DNA of 62,888 nucleotides, the filler included, from Vannella sp. (taxonomy: Eukaryota), in assembly GCA_023345925.1 (NCBI GenBank). It is 6 parts of 6 records of this genome, joined end to end, with 100 filler letters (N's around TTAATTAATTAA, not from the genome) between each part and the next. Parts side by side here need not be neighbours in the genome. Positions count along the whole stretch, not along the records: positions 16,037 to 27,331 come from JAJQQN010000837.1; positions 27,432 to 35,367 come from JAJQQN010001026.1; positions 35,468 to 43,301 come from JAJQQN010000297.1; 3 more parts are not named here. One strand, 5' to 3'. Below are positions 23,429 to 35,911 of the stretch, piece by piece. The notes below the pieces were generated by a model. The model searched no databases. It worked only from the letters and a program-made list of their open reading frames with translations, and had not been told where the DNA came from. Both the position numbers and the translations under genes were made by a program. How positions within the stretch are numbered: position 1 is the first letter of the stretch; every line of letters starts with the position of its first letter.

Positions 23429-25502
23429 TTAACTGGAAGGTTCTTGAATGCAAACAGTGGAGGAGCCTTGATCAGTGATTAGATTGTAGATCGAGAACCC
23501 GTTGTTGACTGTCACCACTATCAGAGTGATTGAAGCCACCAGGAGGATTAAGAAGAGCCAAATAACACTTTGGAAGGGACTTTTGTAGGGATTGGTCTCT
23601 CCCGGATATTGCTCTTTCATGACTCTGCAGAGATTTAGGATTACTACTAATCAAGAGCTGTTGGGCAGTCAAACTCACCGTCGAGCATGATAAACTAGAA
23701 GGACTGGAATAACAAACTCAATGAATAGCCCTGCATAAGATCCTGTGAAAGAAACGAGGACATTGACGTTCGTAAACACAGTAGCCAGTAAGAAAGAGGG
23801 AAGAGATGCAATGATCGCGAAGATCCACTGCCGGTAAGGCTTATTCCTTGTCCAGGGGGCATCCTCTGAACATCTTGTATGAGACTCATGTTGTCTTTTG
23901 AGCATTAGATTCCTACCTCCCCACGGGAATATCTTCATCATGTTGTTCCGCAAAGTAATGGCGATAAGAGGATAGTTGGCCGATATAGTAAACACAGGAA
24001 AGAGACCAAGAAACAGGGCAACCTATTCAGAGTAAGTAACGATAAATCGATTTCAAGGTTTCCTTACCACTTCAAAGGAGTATCCTACAAAGTTGTAAGT
24101 GTAAAGCGACTGGATCTGACAAGGAATTATGTTGCTTTTGAAGAGATTAGAGTAAACCAATGAATAGCTAGTGACGTACTCGCAGCTGCAAGAGAAAGTA
24201 TCGTCCCCGAAAGCAAACATGGCAGAGATAGCCAGTAGCATGTAGAAACAAAGTATTCCACAATAGACCTATCAGGTGTAAGAAATAGCAGAAGGCCATA
24301 TTCGTTAATACACAAAACATCAGCAAATTGACCCTGCGCTTCTTCTTGAGTGGGGAGATAAGTCCAGGAATGCTATGATGACACATAAAGCAGTAGATAA
24401 CAGTCCCCCAGAGGCTGGGCAGTCCTCTACAGCAGAAAAGATGGTTAGAAAGTATTGACCGAGAATTCAGATTCACTCACTTTCCTTCAAAAAGTGGGAT
24501 ATTGGATACTTGAGCGCCTTCCCCTCTGAAAATGAAACTTAATCCAATGCCAATCATTCTAATTCAGAGTTAGCTTCGAGTATTCCATCTGAAAGAGGTA
24601 AGCCTACAAAAAGAAAGCCAGGTTTCTGCACAGAATCGTAAAGAACTGGAGATACTTTGAATTTGCGAAGCTGAAGAAGCAGAAAGGCAATGAGATTGCC
24701 GCAAATATGAAAAGGAACACCAAATAGCATTCTTGAGAGGTGAATTCAAGCTCTCCAATCGTAAGACCATTCTGAGACCGAGTGGTGAGAAGGAGGGACT
24801 TCCATCGGAAGGATACGAACTGGGGTAAGGGTTTTCATGACAGACTGAGGGACAGCAACTGCGTAGATGGCCAAGTCGCCATAAAGATATACCAGAAGGA
24901 CCACGTAGAAAAACAGTCTCCCAGCCTTTCCCAGAAGGGTCTCGGCCATGGTCCCCAACTCGACGTGTTTGAGAATGAAGGCCGCTTTGCTGAAGGTGAG
25001 AAGAAGCTACAATAACTAGATAGTCCTACTTTGACCTCCTTCATCTTCGTAGTATCGACAGGTACCTTGCGGCTCCAGGTTGTCTTTTGAGAGCTCGATC
25101 GCCAAGTTCCCAGGCTCCTCATCCACAGCATTGATAGAATCAAGGACGTTGGCTTCTTTCTGCAACTCTTTGCGATCAATGAGCACTGTAGCGACAGACT
25201 GAACCTCAATAATGAAGGTTACAGTGACGTAAGCAAGGACGAAGATCAAGAGAGTGAGGATGACCCCAGGGATCTTCACATCATGTTAGGTGCGAATCAC
25301 TTTCGCCCTGTACAGATGCTCACCAGCCCTGCTTGGTCCCAACCGTATGGAAGGGAAAGGCAGCCGGTCCCAACAATCAAGTTGAAGATGAAGATCCCTC
25401 CCACAGCATACCTGATCCAAGAAGCTGAGTACGTCACGGTTGCAGTAATCACATCCGCCACGCCACTTACCCGAAGGAAGAGCCAGCAGGAGGAGCTCCC
25501 AT
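23429..25502 (-). CDS. TMEM104: TMEM104-like amino-acid transporter family protein (multi-exon)
   Basis: FIFNLIVGTGCLSLPYG, YLYGDLAIYAVAVP, YCFMCHHSIPGLISP, FTISANYPLIAITLRNN, TGSYAG, NPYKSPF. Confidence 0.85.
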
Positions 25503-25628
25503 GTGCAAATTAAAAGTGGATGAAAAGATATAATTAATTAATTGATGTGTTATTTACAATAAACCATCTGGTTCAAAGGACCACAATCACACAGTGGCGG
25601 TTTGCGCTCGAAGGGGACCTGATCAAAG

Positions 25629-26543
25629 TCAGCAAGAGAACAGCGACCGGAACGATGGAAGCGTTTGGTGAGACGTAGTATTAGCGGCAGAGGGAAACGC
25701 TGATTCGTTGTTGTTCGGAGGAGTGAAAACCTTCTGCATCTTGGGGAAGCAGGGTCCATTGAACAGGCTTCCACTGTCTGGCGCACTTCTCTTGGAAAGG
25801 AGTTGAGACAATGATGGGAGTTCTCCACTGCTCCCATTACTTCTGGGAGGTAGCACTTGAGAGGTGAGCTGGAAAGAGGAATCGTTCTTCTCCACCTCAG
25901 GACCAGAGTAGTACTTGATTTGAAGTGGTGCTGGTAGAATAGGGGCAGAGCTTCTGGGTTGGAGCTTCTTGATGACAATCACGCCCACATTTTGAGTGGG
26001 AACGGGGTGGTATTCGAAGAACGGAGCAGCGTAGCGGTGTGGATTGGAGGAGGTAGAGCTGCTATCAAATGAGAATGTGGACGACTCAGATCCTTCACTA
26101 TCGGCAGAAGGGCTGCTGGAGGGATCCACCAAGGGAGAGGCACCCGCACCTTTCTCGCACCAGAGAAAGGTAAGGCTGTGTGTCTCCGAAGCATTTCGAG
26201 CAATGTAGCAGACCCACACTTTGTAGGAGGGAGGCTTGGGGCAGTTCTTCTTCTTCCTCGTGTTGAGCTTCTGAAGGGTGACGAGGTTTCCGTTGCCCAA
26301 CTGGACAGTTACCTTGCCGTTACTCTGGTTCCAGATCCAGGCCTGTCCATGAGGTAGTTTGGACATCGATCGATTGGAAAAAGCAACGAAGCCGGTCTCG
26401 CAGAAGCGGGAGGGAACAAGGGCCTCACTAATGAACAGTTCGTCCACTCGTCCCAAGTTCTCGTTCAGCACTGCCAAGGCTTTTTGCTGCTCAGGAGCAA
26501 GCTGCTGAGCTACCTTCATGTTCAGGTTACTGTAGCTCATCAT
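25629..26543 (-). CDS. Unknown protein: novel 'W.WNQ' domain plus Ser/Pro-rich tail (candidate transcription factor)
   Basis: Intronless ORF; the N-terminal domain aligns by eye with the genes at 40889-41395 and 42676-43203; the tail carries LPSLSQLL and LPSFRSLF. Confidence 0.75.
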   Translation of the reverse strand: MMSYSNLNMKVAQQLAPEQQKALAVLNENLGRVDELFISEALVPSRFCETGFVAFSNRSMSKLPHGQAWIWNQSNGKVTVQLGNGNLVTLQKLNTRKKKNCPKPPSYKVWVCYIARNASETHSLTFLWCEKGAGASPLVDPSSSPSADSEGSESSTFSFDSSSTSSNPHRYAAPFFEYHPVPTQNVGVIVIKKLQPRSSAPILPAPLQIKYYSGPEVEKNDSSFQLTSQVLPPRSNGSSGELPSLSQLLSKRSAPDSGSLFNGPCFPKMQKVFTPPNNNESAFPSAANTTSHQTLPSFRSLFSC

Positions 26544-26746
26544 CAACACGAGGAAAAAGAATGAGCTCGAAGTCTCCCCGGAAGAGTGGACCAGAGTGGA
26601 CACGCGGCGATCGGTTCATGGAATCACGGAATAAAATTAGAAAAAATCGGCCGATGCATGGACAAAGTCCCTTTTATAGAAAGAGCATCGGGAAGAAAGG
26701 AGAAGTGAAACAGAACGGTCTCCGCTGGTCACCGTTGGGCTTTTCC

Positions 26747-27331
26747 TTAATCTCCACCAAACTTGATGCCTTGAGCAAGAGGAAGGTCTTTTCCAAAGTT
26801 TACAGTGCAGGTGGATCGCCTCATGTACTGCTTCCAAGAGTCACTGATCGCCTCTCTTGTGAGAATCGTTGATGATCAAGGTGTCTTGGGAAGGATCCTT
26901 ACCTGCCTGATTCACGACCACCACCGGTCTCCTTTTCACCGCCGAAGGCACCTCCGATCTCTGCTCCGCTGGGTCCGATGTTGACGTTGGCGATTCCGCA
27001 ATCGGAACCGCGCGGACCAACCCACTTGAATACATTCTCTACCTTTTGATGGAGTTAGTGCATGTGCTACCTCAACGAAGGATTCATGGACGGAGAGGAA
27101 CGAACATTTCTGGTGAAGAGAGAACTGCTCAATCCCTGGGACACTTTGTTGTTCTCTCGAATGGCACTGTCCAAGTCAGAGTACTCGACGATGTAGGAGA
27201 TGGGAACAAAGGCCTCGTTCTCGAGGACTGAAGCACCAGAACCGATGCGAATGAGTGTCGGCTCAACAAAGTTGCCAGGGCGATCCAACACATTCCCCCC
27301 AACGACAACCTGCCCTCCCTGGGCTTTAGCA
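26747..27331 (-). CDS. ALDH7A1: Aldehyde dehydrogenase family 7 (antiquitin), 3' fragment
   Basis: [69 protein letters not shown]...LPLAQGIKF. Confidence 0.93.
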
Positions 27332-27431
27332 NNNNNNNNNNNNNNNNNNNNNNNNNNNNNNNNNNNNNNNNNNNNTTAATTAATTAANNNNNNNNNNNNN
27401 NNNNNNNNNNNNNNNNNNNNNNNNNNNNNNN
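27332..27431. other. Artificial contig linker
   Basis: N-run/TTAATTAATTAA/N-run. Confidence 0.98.
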
Positions 27432-27632
27432 TTCGCCCGTGCTGGAGAGAACAAAAACGATCACGGATGGCTTCGTTAGAACGGAGATCTTCGTCGCGTA
27501 CGTGTCCATCGCCGCCACATGAAGATCCAACGACTTCTCCGTCTTTCCTCGTTGATAGATCTGCTTGGCGATCTCCTCCGAAGTCCCTGTTTGGGATCCA
27601 AACAGAATCAGTCCGCGTGGGGTCCCGCTCAT
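27432..27632 (-). CDS. Diflavin reductase family flavodoxin domain, 5' fragment
   Basis: ILFGSQTGTSEEIA...VFVLSSTGE FMN-binding motifs. Confidence 0.8.
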
Positions 27633-27683
27633 GGCCAAGAAGAAGTGAAAAGGAGTTACTACAGTGTATTGTTGCATGCCAGA

Positions 27684-29170
27684 TCACGCAGTAGGGAAGT
27701 ACGTGGCTTTCCACTCGTCAGCAGAGAAAGGAGGCGTCTTCCCGCCATAAGCCGGTTCCAATTGGGAAATATCCACAAACTCTGTCAGGATGCTTTGGTC
27801 CTTCTTCTTGCGGATGAATTGGACTTTGCGGTTGGTGACAGGGTCCAGGAAAGCTCCAACTACTTGCCAGAGGACCCAGAAGGGGAGAGGGGGATTGAGG
27901 ATGAAGCCCATTCCCAGGCGCTCAGGGTACATGTTTTGCATGATATTGATGATCTCTTTGGATAGCTTGATGTTCTCTTCCAAGCCCCCTTGGATCTTCG
28001 TGCCCTGAAAGTCCACAATCCAAAACATCTTTTCCTGTGCCGTGTGTTTGGCGTCCAGCCCGTTGGTTCCCTGCCACCAGAAGGTCAGTCTTTGAAGTAA
28101 AACAGAAGAATCTTTGATGTGTATGGCTTACAGTCTCCATGAGCCACGCCATGTAGCGGCCATACTGAGCACGAATCTGAGGAGTGACTTCAGACTTACC
28201 AGGGCGCATGTAGACTATCACACGCCCCTTCCGATCTTTTCCACTGCTCAGATAAAGCTCTCCGGAGTTGCCTGTGGCAGAGATCTCGTCATAAGTGATC
28301 TCGTCAGGCTTGGTCTGAGGAAGGGACGCTTCATTAGCTCAGGAAGGGTCTCGTTGAGAGCGAAGACCCACCTCCATGCGCCACTTAAGTGCAACACTCA
28401 GCATTTCGCCTGCTTTGGCCACATCCCATTCTCTTGCGCGAAGGAAGCGGCAAAGGCAAGCATCATCGGCCCATTGCCGAGTTTTCTCGTCCAGTGCCAG
28501 TGCAGCCACTACAGCGTATAATGCATCAAGTTTTTGGGTCTCCTCTGGCTTCAGACTGCCCCGAACAACCCACACTCGCTCTCCATCGACCTCCTCAAAG
28601 ACAGGTTTGATGTAATCTGGATTGTGTTCCCCATCCAAGCATCCAGAGAGTAATCTTAGCCATATTGAGGCATTCTCTGCACTATCCGAAGTAAAGGTGA
28701 ACTTCCTCTTGCCTGTATCGATCACAAACTCCTCCTCCACTGGTCAAGCAGGTCAGTTCACAGTCTTACGAGCTACCAATGCGTACCAGCGTTCTCACTG
28801 TTATCTTCTTTGAACACTCTTAATGATGAGCGGATCTTGACGACGATGAGGACCTTGTACTTGGCTTGGGGCTGGACTTCCTTCGCCAACACCAGAACAT
28901 TGTGGAAGAGGAAGGCGTAGTGCTCCAACGGTGGCTTACCCTTCTCCGACATCTTCAATGGTCCCTCTCTAGAACAAGCTAGCGCGTCAGTCGCCCACAA
29001 GAGCAAGGAATTCGCCAAAGATGAACTCACTTGACGAGGTTGCTGGGCACTTTCAGGTCCTTCCCAAGGTGTCTTTAGTCTCCCTATTACACTCAATGAA
29101 CCAAACTTACATCGATTTGGGGGTCAAGCAAAGCACGAACCCGCGCCGCGTCCGCAACAGCCTTCTCCAT
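27684..29170 (-). CDS. PH domain plus CRAL-TRIO (Sec14-like) lipid-binding protein (multi-exon)
   Basis: PH: LVKEGPL...HYAFLFHNVLVLAK...FTFTSDSAENASIWL; CRAL-TRIO: DDACLCRFLRAREWD, QNMYPERLG, FLDPVTNRKV, LEPAYGG. Confidence 0.85.
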
Positions 29171-29352
29171 CAGAGGGAGGGGAAATGTCCCTTCTTAGAC
29201 CGTCAGAAGACTAACAGGGAGTTGTGAAGACAAGTTGAAGCAACGTAGGTCACTCCACTGCAACGTATGGACTGTAGAAGGGCCTCTCCACCTCGATCAC
29301 GGTCCCTCCTTCCAATCACCGCAAAGTATGAAAGGAAATGGTCATTTGAGGG

Positions 29353-30657
29353 ATGGCGTCACCGGAAGCGCACCGCTTGTGGGCGGAGATGAAGAGGGAC
29401 TCGGCCAACCGGGAGTGCATCGAATGCGGGTGTAGTGACCCGACTTGGGCTTCTGGTGAGGAGGTGTTGCGTGGGTGTTGGCTTTGCTGATGAGGGGAAC
29501 CTGTCAGTGAGCTTCGGAACTCTCTTCTGCTTGGAGTGCTCGGGCGTGCATCGCTCTCTTGGTGTTCACATCTCCTTCGTGCGAAGCTTGGGCATGGACA
29601 AGTGGAGCGATGACCAAATGAAGCATATGGAAGTAAGAGAGCGACTTACCGGCCTCCTCGTCTCCTCACCCTTCAAAGGTGGGAGGAAATGCGCGCTGCA
29701 AGGTCTTCTTCAACAAACATGGTGTTCCTGACTCCATGTCGATAGCAGATCGTTACTACACAGAAGTAGCTGAGGCCTACAAGAAGAAGATCAAGTCCTT
29801 GGTGCAGGTAGGTCGACTTAGACCTTCACAGCAGGCTCCGTCGTCTTACTCTCTTGTGTAGGGTACTCCGTATCAGGAGCCTGCTCAAGGATCTCTTTCT
29901 GCTGTCCCTCAGAGGCCGCAGAGCAACTACACGGCCAACATTGGGGCGAACCAAGGTTCAAACCGCTACACGGGGATGGGAAGCTCTCCTGCTCCCAAAC
30001 AGATTGCTACTGGGGATGAATGGTCCTCCTTCTTTGCATCAGGACTGAGTACGATCACAGCTGCTGCTTCCGTTGCGGCTGAGACCACCTCGCAGATGGC
30101 CAAGGTGTGTTCGGTTCCCTCTCTTCCTCGATTGCCTCTCACCTATTGGACAGACAGCTGCAGAGAAGCTGACAGAGACGTCAGCAGGGATCACTCAGAA
30201 AGTAGGACAAACCAAATGGTCTGAGACTGTCTCTTCGCTTGGCCAAACAGTGTCTGAGACCTCCGCCACGGGCTGGGGAACGCTCAACTCCTACTGGCAG
30301 TCCGCCAAGGTGTGCTCTTCCTTGACTTTTCAATCTCTATCTAACGTTCTCTAGGAAATGACAGCCAAAGTTGCCACAGGAGAGCCTCTGGCCCAACCTC
30401 GAACATCTGGGACCAACTCGGAGGAGGGATGGGTGGAAGTTCCTCCTTCCTCCTCCACTCAGGAAGATGATTGGGACAGTTGGGGTCTTAAGGATCCCAA
30501 GAAGCGTTTAGAAGACCCCAAACCCCAGCCATCCTTCTGGGGAGAGGAAGAAGAAGGCTCTGAAGACACTCCCGGCACAACAGAAGATGCAGCAACAACA
30601 GACGGCTGGGAACAGCAAGCGGATGATTCTGGCGAAGAGTGGGAAGCCTGGTCCTGA
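29353..30657 (+). CDS. ArfGAP1-like GTPase-activating protein (multi-exon)
   Basis: NRECIECG...PTWAS...CLECSGVHRSLGVHISFVRS..MDKW zinc-finger GAP domain; acidic W-D tail. Confidence 0.92.
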
Positions 30658-30721
30658 GCTCATCGATCAAATAGAACGCAGACAAACCTTCAAGCAGTTT
30701 ATCGTCGCTTCGAAGCCTTAT

Positions 30722-31625
30722 TTAGATCTCAGAGTATCCAGCGCAGACCTTGTTGAAGGTAATCTTCTGAATAAAGAAGATGACACCGTCCTTGAAGAGG
30801 AAGGGGAGATCCTTCCAGAAGTCGTAGTTGGGGATGATGTTGAGATCCCGCGCCTCGAACTTGACAAACTTGACAATCATGCCCAGGACTACGTACACGA
30901 AGAAGAGGGCAGAAAGGCTGAGTGTTCGATGTGAGTCAATGACAACTTTCGATCTGACACAACGTACACGAAAATAATCACCCAGCCAGGGTTAACACCA
31001 CCGCCACCACCTCCTCCACTGCACACTGACGCGGATTTGAAGCTAGCGGTTATTAACACATGACAGTGTTCTCAGCGGAAAGGGACTCACTAGAGGACGT
31101 ATTGGCAGCCAACGGGTTCGGACTCAGAATAGAGTGATCCATCCTTCGCGGTTTCGTCACAAGCAACATAAATCGTAGATTGGCGGAGGTTGCCGTTACC
31201 TTGGCAAAGAAGGCCTCCGGTGTAGAGAACACCAGCACCAGTAGGGTGGGTTGCATCAGCTAGTTTCTGGTTAGGTACCTTAAAAGAGACACCAAAAGTA
31301 GCTCACCAACGTAGGGAACAAACGCTTGAGTGGAAACTAAGCCGGCTGGGTTGTAAATACCACCAGATAGTTGGCATGAGGCAGAAGGACCACCTTTGCC
31401 GCAATCTGGATAAGCGACAGTGCTTACAGAGTTGCAGAAGTTGATGTAGAACGTGTTGGCGCCACTTGGGAAGGAGTATCCCGCAGGAGGACTTGCTGTA
31501 CTTGGGTCGTAGCTCAAATCAGAGAGGTCGTAGGTAGTTCCATTGGTATTGGTGGTTTTGCAAGGAACTGCAGTATTCACCGCAACCACAATCCCAACCA
31601 ACAGCAGTGTCAGGAGCACCTTCAT
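30722..31625 (-). CDS. MRH-domain type I membrane protein (M6P receptor/ATG27-like)
   Basis: Signal peptide, YDLSDL, FYINFC, a TM segment, IIPNYDFWKDLPLLFKDG and a C-terminal YSEI sorting motif. Confidence 0.8.
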
Positions 31626-31706
31626 CAGATCGGAGGAAAGGAAGGTGAAAGAAAATTCGTCTTCGCCGATCCAATTGCGCCTGTCAGTCCCATTTTTTTG
31701 TGATAT

Positions 31707-32043
31707 TTATTCACGATCAACACTCTGAGGGAGAATTGGTCGGACTTTTTCCACTTGATAGATGGAGGTGTCGAGGAGGTGTTGAATTCGATCGCGTTTC
31801 TCAGCTCTTCTACGCATCCATTGTCGCTGTTTAGGAGTGATAGGGCAGCGTGTACCATCTGGGGACATTAGGTTAGGGGAAGGCAAAGGATCGAGGAGAC
31901 CCACCTGCGTACGACCAATCGTTAAGATCATGAAGATCTCCTGTCTCATTACCACTCCGGGGAATCCCCTGAGACACTCTCCAGTTCTGCCCAGCCCTGC
32001 CTATCATCCTGCCGGTGGTGAAGAGGGACACCCCACGCAACAT
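31707..32043 (-). CDS. MRPL52: Mitoribosomal protein mL52
   Basis: Spliced (intron 31859-31904) 96-aa product with [34 protein letters not shown], matching the mL52 AG..WR..QG.....GPL.DLPDWSYADG motif. Confidence 0.8.
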
Positions 32044-32065
32044 CCGCGAAACAAAAAATGATAAT

Positions 32066-35000
32066 TTATTTGGGAGGGATTATTCTGTAAGAAGACCATT
32101 CCAGGTGGTTGAGACGAGAGAACTCTTCCAACAGTTCTGCAAAAGTTGGTCGGAAGGTTGGCTCTTCATGCCAGCAGCGAGATATGAGGGGACTGAGGAG
32201 GGGCTGAGAGTGTTGTACCTCCTGCAAGCACTCATGGGTACCACGTTCTCTGTCAGCGACGGTCCATTTCCGCAGGGTCCCCATCTCCCAAAGCGCAACT
32301 CCAAAGCAATACACGTCGCAATGGCGCGTGTACTTGACGCCTATGGCCAACTCAGGGGCTCCGTATAGTTTGTTGTAGCGAGGGACAAAGCGGCTCCTCC
32401 AATTGCCAGGTTGTCGTCGTTTCATGCGGCGAGCAAGGCCCATATCCCCAAGCATGGCACGTCCTCCCTTGACCATGATGTTGGAGGTAGTGATGTCTCT
32501 GTGAGTGTACCCTTTGGAATGAAAGTAGTGCATCGCATCGCACACTCCCATGCATAACTTGACCGTGGCACGGAAGTGCTCCACTTCGCCCATGGTCTGG
32601 GAGATGTTTTGGAGGTATTTGAGTGATGTGCCACCATCACAGTACTCCATAACAATGTAGAACTCATCCTCAAGCATTGGACTGACACCAATGAGTTTGA
32701 CGATGTTCGAGTGGTGTCCCAACTCGGACAGTATCTTTGCTTCCTTGAGGAAGGCCTTGTACACTGCTTTCCTTTCCGCAGCACTCCTTGGTTTAGCTCT
32801 CTTTGCTGCAATATCGAGTCCCAGGTATGTCCCATGTCGAACTTCGCCGAATCCACCCTCCGAATCTTTCAGAATGTCATCGAGAATGAGCTGGTGGAGT
32901 GGGATGAATTGGTCTTGAACAAGATACGCTTCAAGGATTGCCAAGGCATTGCAAAGACTCTTTGTAACGTATGAGGAGACGAAGGCAAAACAGGGGAGAA
33001 CTCACATCAAGGATAATCATGACAATCACGCAAAGTGAAAGTGCGTTAGCCTGCGAAACTCCTTCTAGGAGAAATGCCCATACAACAAACACTAGCTGGA
33101 GGAGTTGTACTCCAGATATCTGCAAGATGATCTTTGTGAGTGACAAGAAAGTGGGAACCCGAGGAAGCTTACCGAAAGAAGAGCTTTTTGCCACCTTTGA
33201 ATGCCCAGCACAATAAGGAGTGCTGATTTGAGCAGAAATACAAGAGAGAGGATAAGGACGGATGCTAGAAGCCAGTAGGAGTAGATCTGAGACGCTTGGG
33301 TATTGAAGAACATCACAACGCCCACTAAAAACATCAACTGGAATTGCATATGGCTATGAGCACATCTTCGACTTTGGAAGGAGTGACTCACCAGGCTCAC
33401 TTGGATCTCCAAAATGCATCCTCCAAGGAGAAAGTTGCGAGTTCGGAAGAGACAATCGCTCCGAACTTGCATTCTATCCTTGTTGAGATCGTAGCTATCT
33501 TTAGAGAGGTTCTCCAAGAGAGACGGACGGTACAGATAGGCCAGTGTAAGGGTTAAACCCACAACAGTGATGACAAATCCCACAAATTCCAGAATAATCG
33601 AGACGATGACGAAGAGTCCTTGGTACCAGATTCCACTCACGCAATGTTTGTCCACATGGACGTTAGTGGGAACATTAGCAGGGTAAGGACAAAGAAACTC
33701 GTTGTTCGTGAGGAAAATGCTGACATCTTGAGAGTTCGCTCCAATCCAGTCCGGGAGAGTTCCTTCTGAAGCTCAGAGTCACTTCATCTTCAATCAAAGC
33801 CACTTACCTGTCAATCGGTTTGAACTCGCATCGAAACTCCTCATGAACGCTAAGTGGCGATTCAGCAGGGATTTGGGAAGCTCTCCACTGAATAGGTTGG
33901 CACTGAGATCAATAAACTGGAGGCTGTTCAGTGACTCTAAGTTAGGAAGTGATCCAGAGAATCCATTGGTTGACAAATCCAGCTGCAATGTGGCGAAAGT
34001 CAGTCAAGGTGTTGGAACAAACTCTTAATCCTTACTATCTCGAGATTGGAAAGTTGGATTGGCAGAAGAGTCCCGCTGAGTTCATTTCGAGACAAATCTA
34101 GCTGGTTAAGATGCTTCAGATCACTAAAGAAGCAATTGGGGAGGTAACCAGCAAGGAAGTTGCCAGTGAATATAACACTCTCAAGGTTTTTCGCATTGCA
34201 GAGCTCTTCAGGGATCCCTCCTCCCACTTGATTATCTGATATATATTAGTCCTTGGGTGAGGTTCATTCGAGTCAGCATAAAGGTGCGCCTACATTCGAG
34301 ATTAATCTCTTTGAGATTGGAAAGATCCCCAAGAACAGACGGAATCGTTCCTAGCAATGCATTTCGTGACATAATGAGAACTTCCAGACTCTCCATATGT
34401 GACACATCATCAGAGAGGCTCCCAGATATGGAGTTCTGCCCAGATTGTGAGATTCTCCCTTCAGTCCGCACAAGAAGAGGGCCTACGTAAGCCATATTAA
34501 GGTGAACAAGGTTCCGTAAGTTATAAAGTGAGAGAGGTATTGAACCTGACAGGGAATTGTACTCCATATACCTAAGACCTCTGATAAGCGACCTTAACTG
34601 GATGAACTGGTCAAAGTACGCACAGACTTCGGAGTCCAGTGCAATTAGAAAGAGAGGATGGTAGGTTACCAGTCATGTTGTACGAGACATCCACTGGATC
34701 GTTTTGAGCGCCCACAGCTTCTCAAACGGCAAACTCACATATCTGCAGACGCGTCATGTTCCCAATGTTGGGAGGGAGTGCTCCACTGAGGCGGAGATTC
34801 CCACCAAGCTTCCTTCATCAATGAACAAGATCCATTCAGTACCTTGAATTGACTGCCAGTTAAGGGACCTACAAGATATTGAGTTCTGAGAGGCAGGTTA
34901 TCGTTGCAGGAATCTCCCCAGAGATACGATTGCCCGATAAGTCGCTGGTGGAAATGAGTCGAATGATTAGTATAGAAGGAGATCTTACATATAGCGGAGC

Positions 35001-35341
35001 GAGCTGAGGTAACCAAGGGAGGTGGGAATGGAACCAGTCAAGTTATTCCGAGGAAGTAATCTTGGGAGAAGAGATCAGAGTAAGACGCGATGCTTTGCGA
35101 TAGAGACGTACATGAATGATACTCTCACTCCTGAACAACTCACGCCGAACCACGAACACACGTCTGCAGTACCAAGCCATCCAGAGCTGTTACGCCAAGT
35201 GTCCCCCCCAGCAGATAGGAAGAGGTCCTCCAAGGCGCCCCTTTGAGTAGTATTGTTCTGGCAAAGGTCCTTATCCAGGAATGGCCCCTCCACTGGCAGG
35301 CCCACCACGAAAGGGAGAACCAACAACACCAAAGCCCACAT
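32066..35341 (-). CDS. LRR receptor-like TKL kinase with a multi-pass TM region (multi-exon)
   Basis: Signal peptide, LRR N-cap (W..SSGW...CSWFGVSC), plant-type LRRs (LSGSIP), several hydrophobic segments at 32950-33630, kinase GGFGEV/IAAK/HRD/DMG/APE/DVYCFG. Confidence 0.85.
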
Positions 35342-35367
35342 CGAACTAAAATGCTTGTCTGGGCACT

Positions 35368-35467
35368 NNNNNNNNNNNNNNNNNNNNNNNNNNNNNNNNN
35401 NNNNNNNNNNNTTAATTAATTAANNNNNNNNNNNNNNNNNNNNNNNNNNNNNNNNNNNNNNNNNNNN
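35368..35467. other. Artificial contig linker
   Basis: N-run/TTAATTAATTAA/N-run. Confidence 0.98.
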
Positions 35468-35484
35468 GTAATAACCACCAAATA

Positions 35485-35817
35485 ATGGTTTGCTTGTTGT
35501 ACGAAAATTTTGGTTCCTTTTTCTTTTCAGGCCTCGTCGCGTAGCATGACCCACGCCAACGTCTACAACAGCCACAACAAGACCCACGCCAAGGGTGGAC
35601 GCGAATGGTAGGGATTAGTTAAATACAGGGGTTAAGACGTGGGCTCATTCCGATCTTCAGCCGCATCTGCGCCAATGGACACGGTCTGATCCGCAAGTAC
35701 AAGATGAACATCTGCCGACAGTGCTTCCGCGACTACGCCAAGGATATTGGCTTCGTCAAGGTTTGTGCTGCCTTCTCCATGCTTCTCCATGCTAACCCCT
35801 TTCCTCAGTACCGCTAA
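35485..35817 (+). CDS. RPS29: 40S ribosomal protein S29 (uS14)
   Basis: Spliced product HANVYNSH...[40 protein letters not shown]; start is ATG 35485 followed by intron 35488-35530, or ATG 35546. Confidence 0.95.
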
Positions 35818-35911
35818 ACGGATCGACAGTCTTTAAAGGTAGACTTTTGTAGATGTCTTCCATCGGGAATAAATCCAAGAGGGAGTGAAACCCAAAACCG
35901 AGCTTGTTTAT

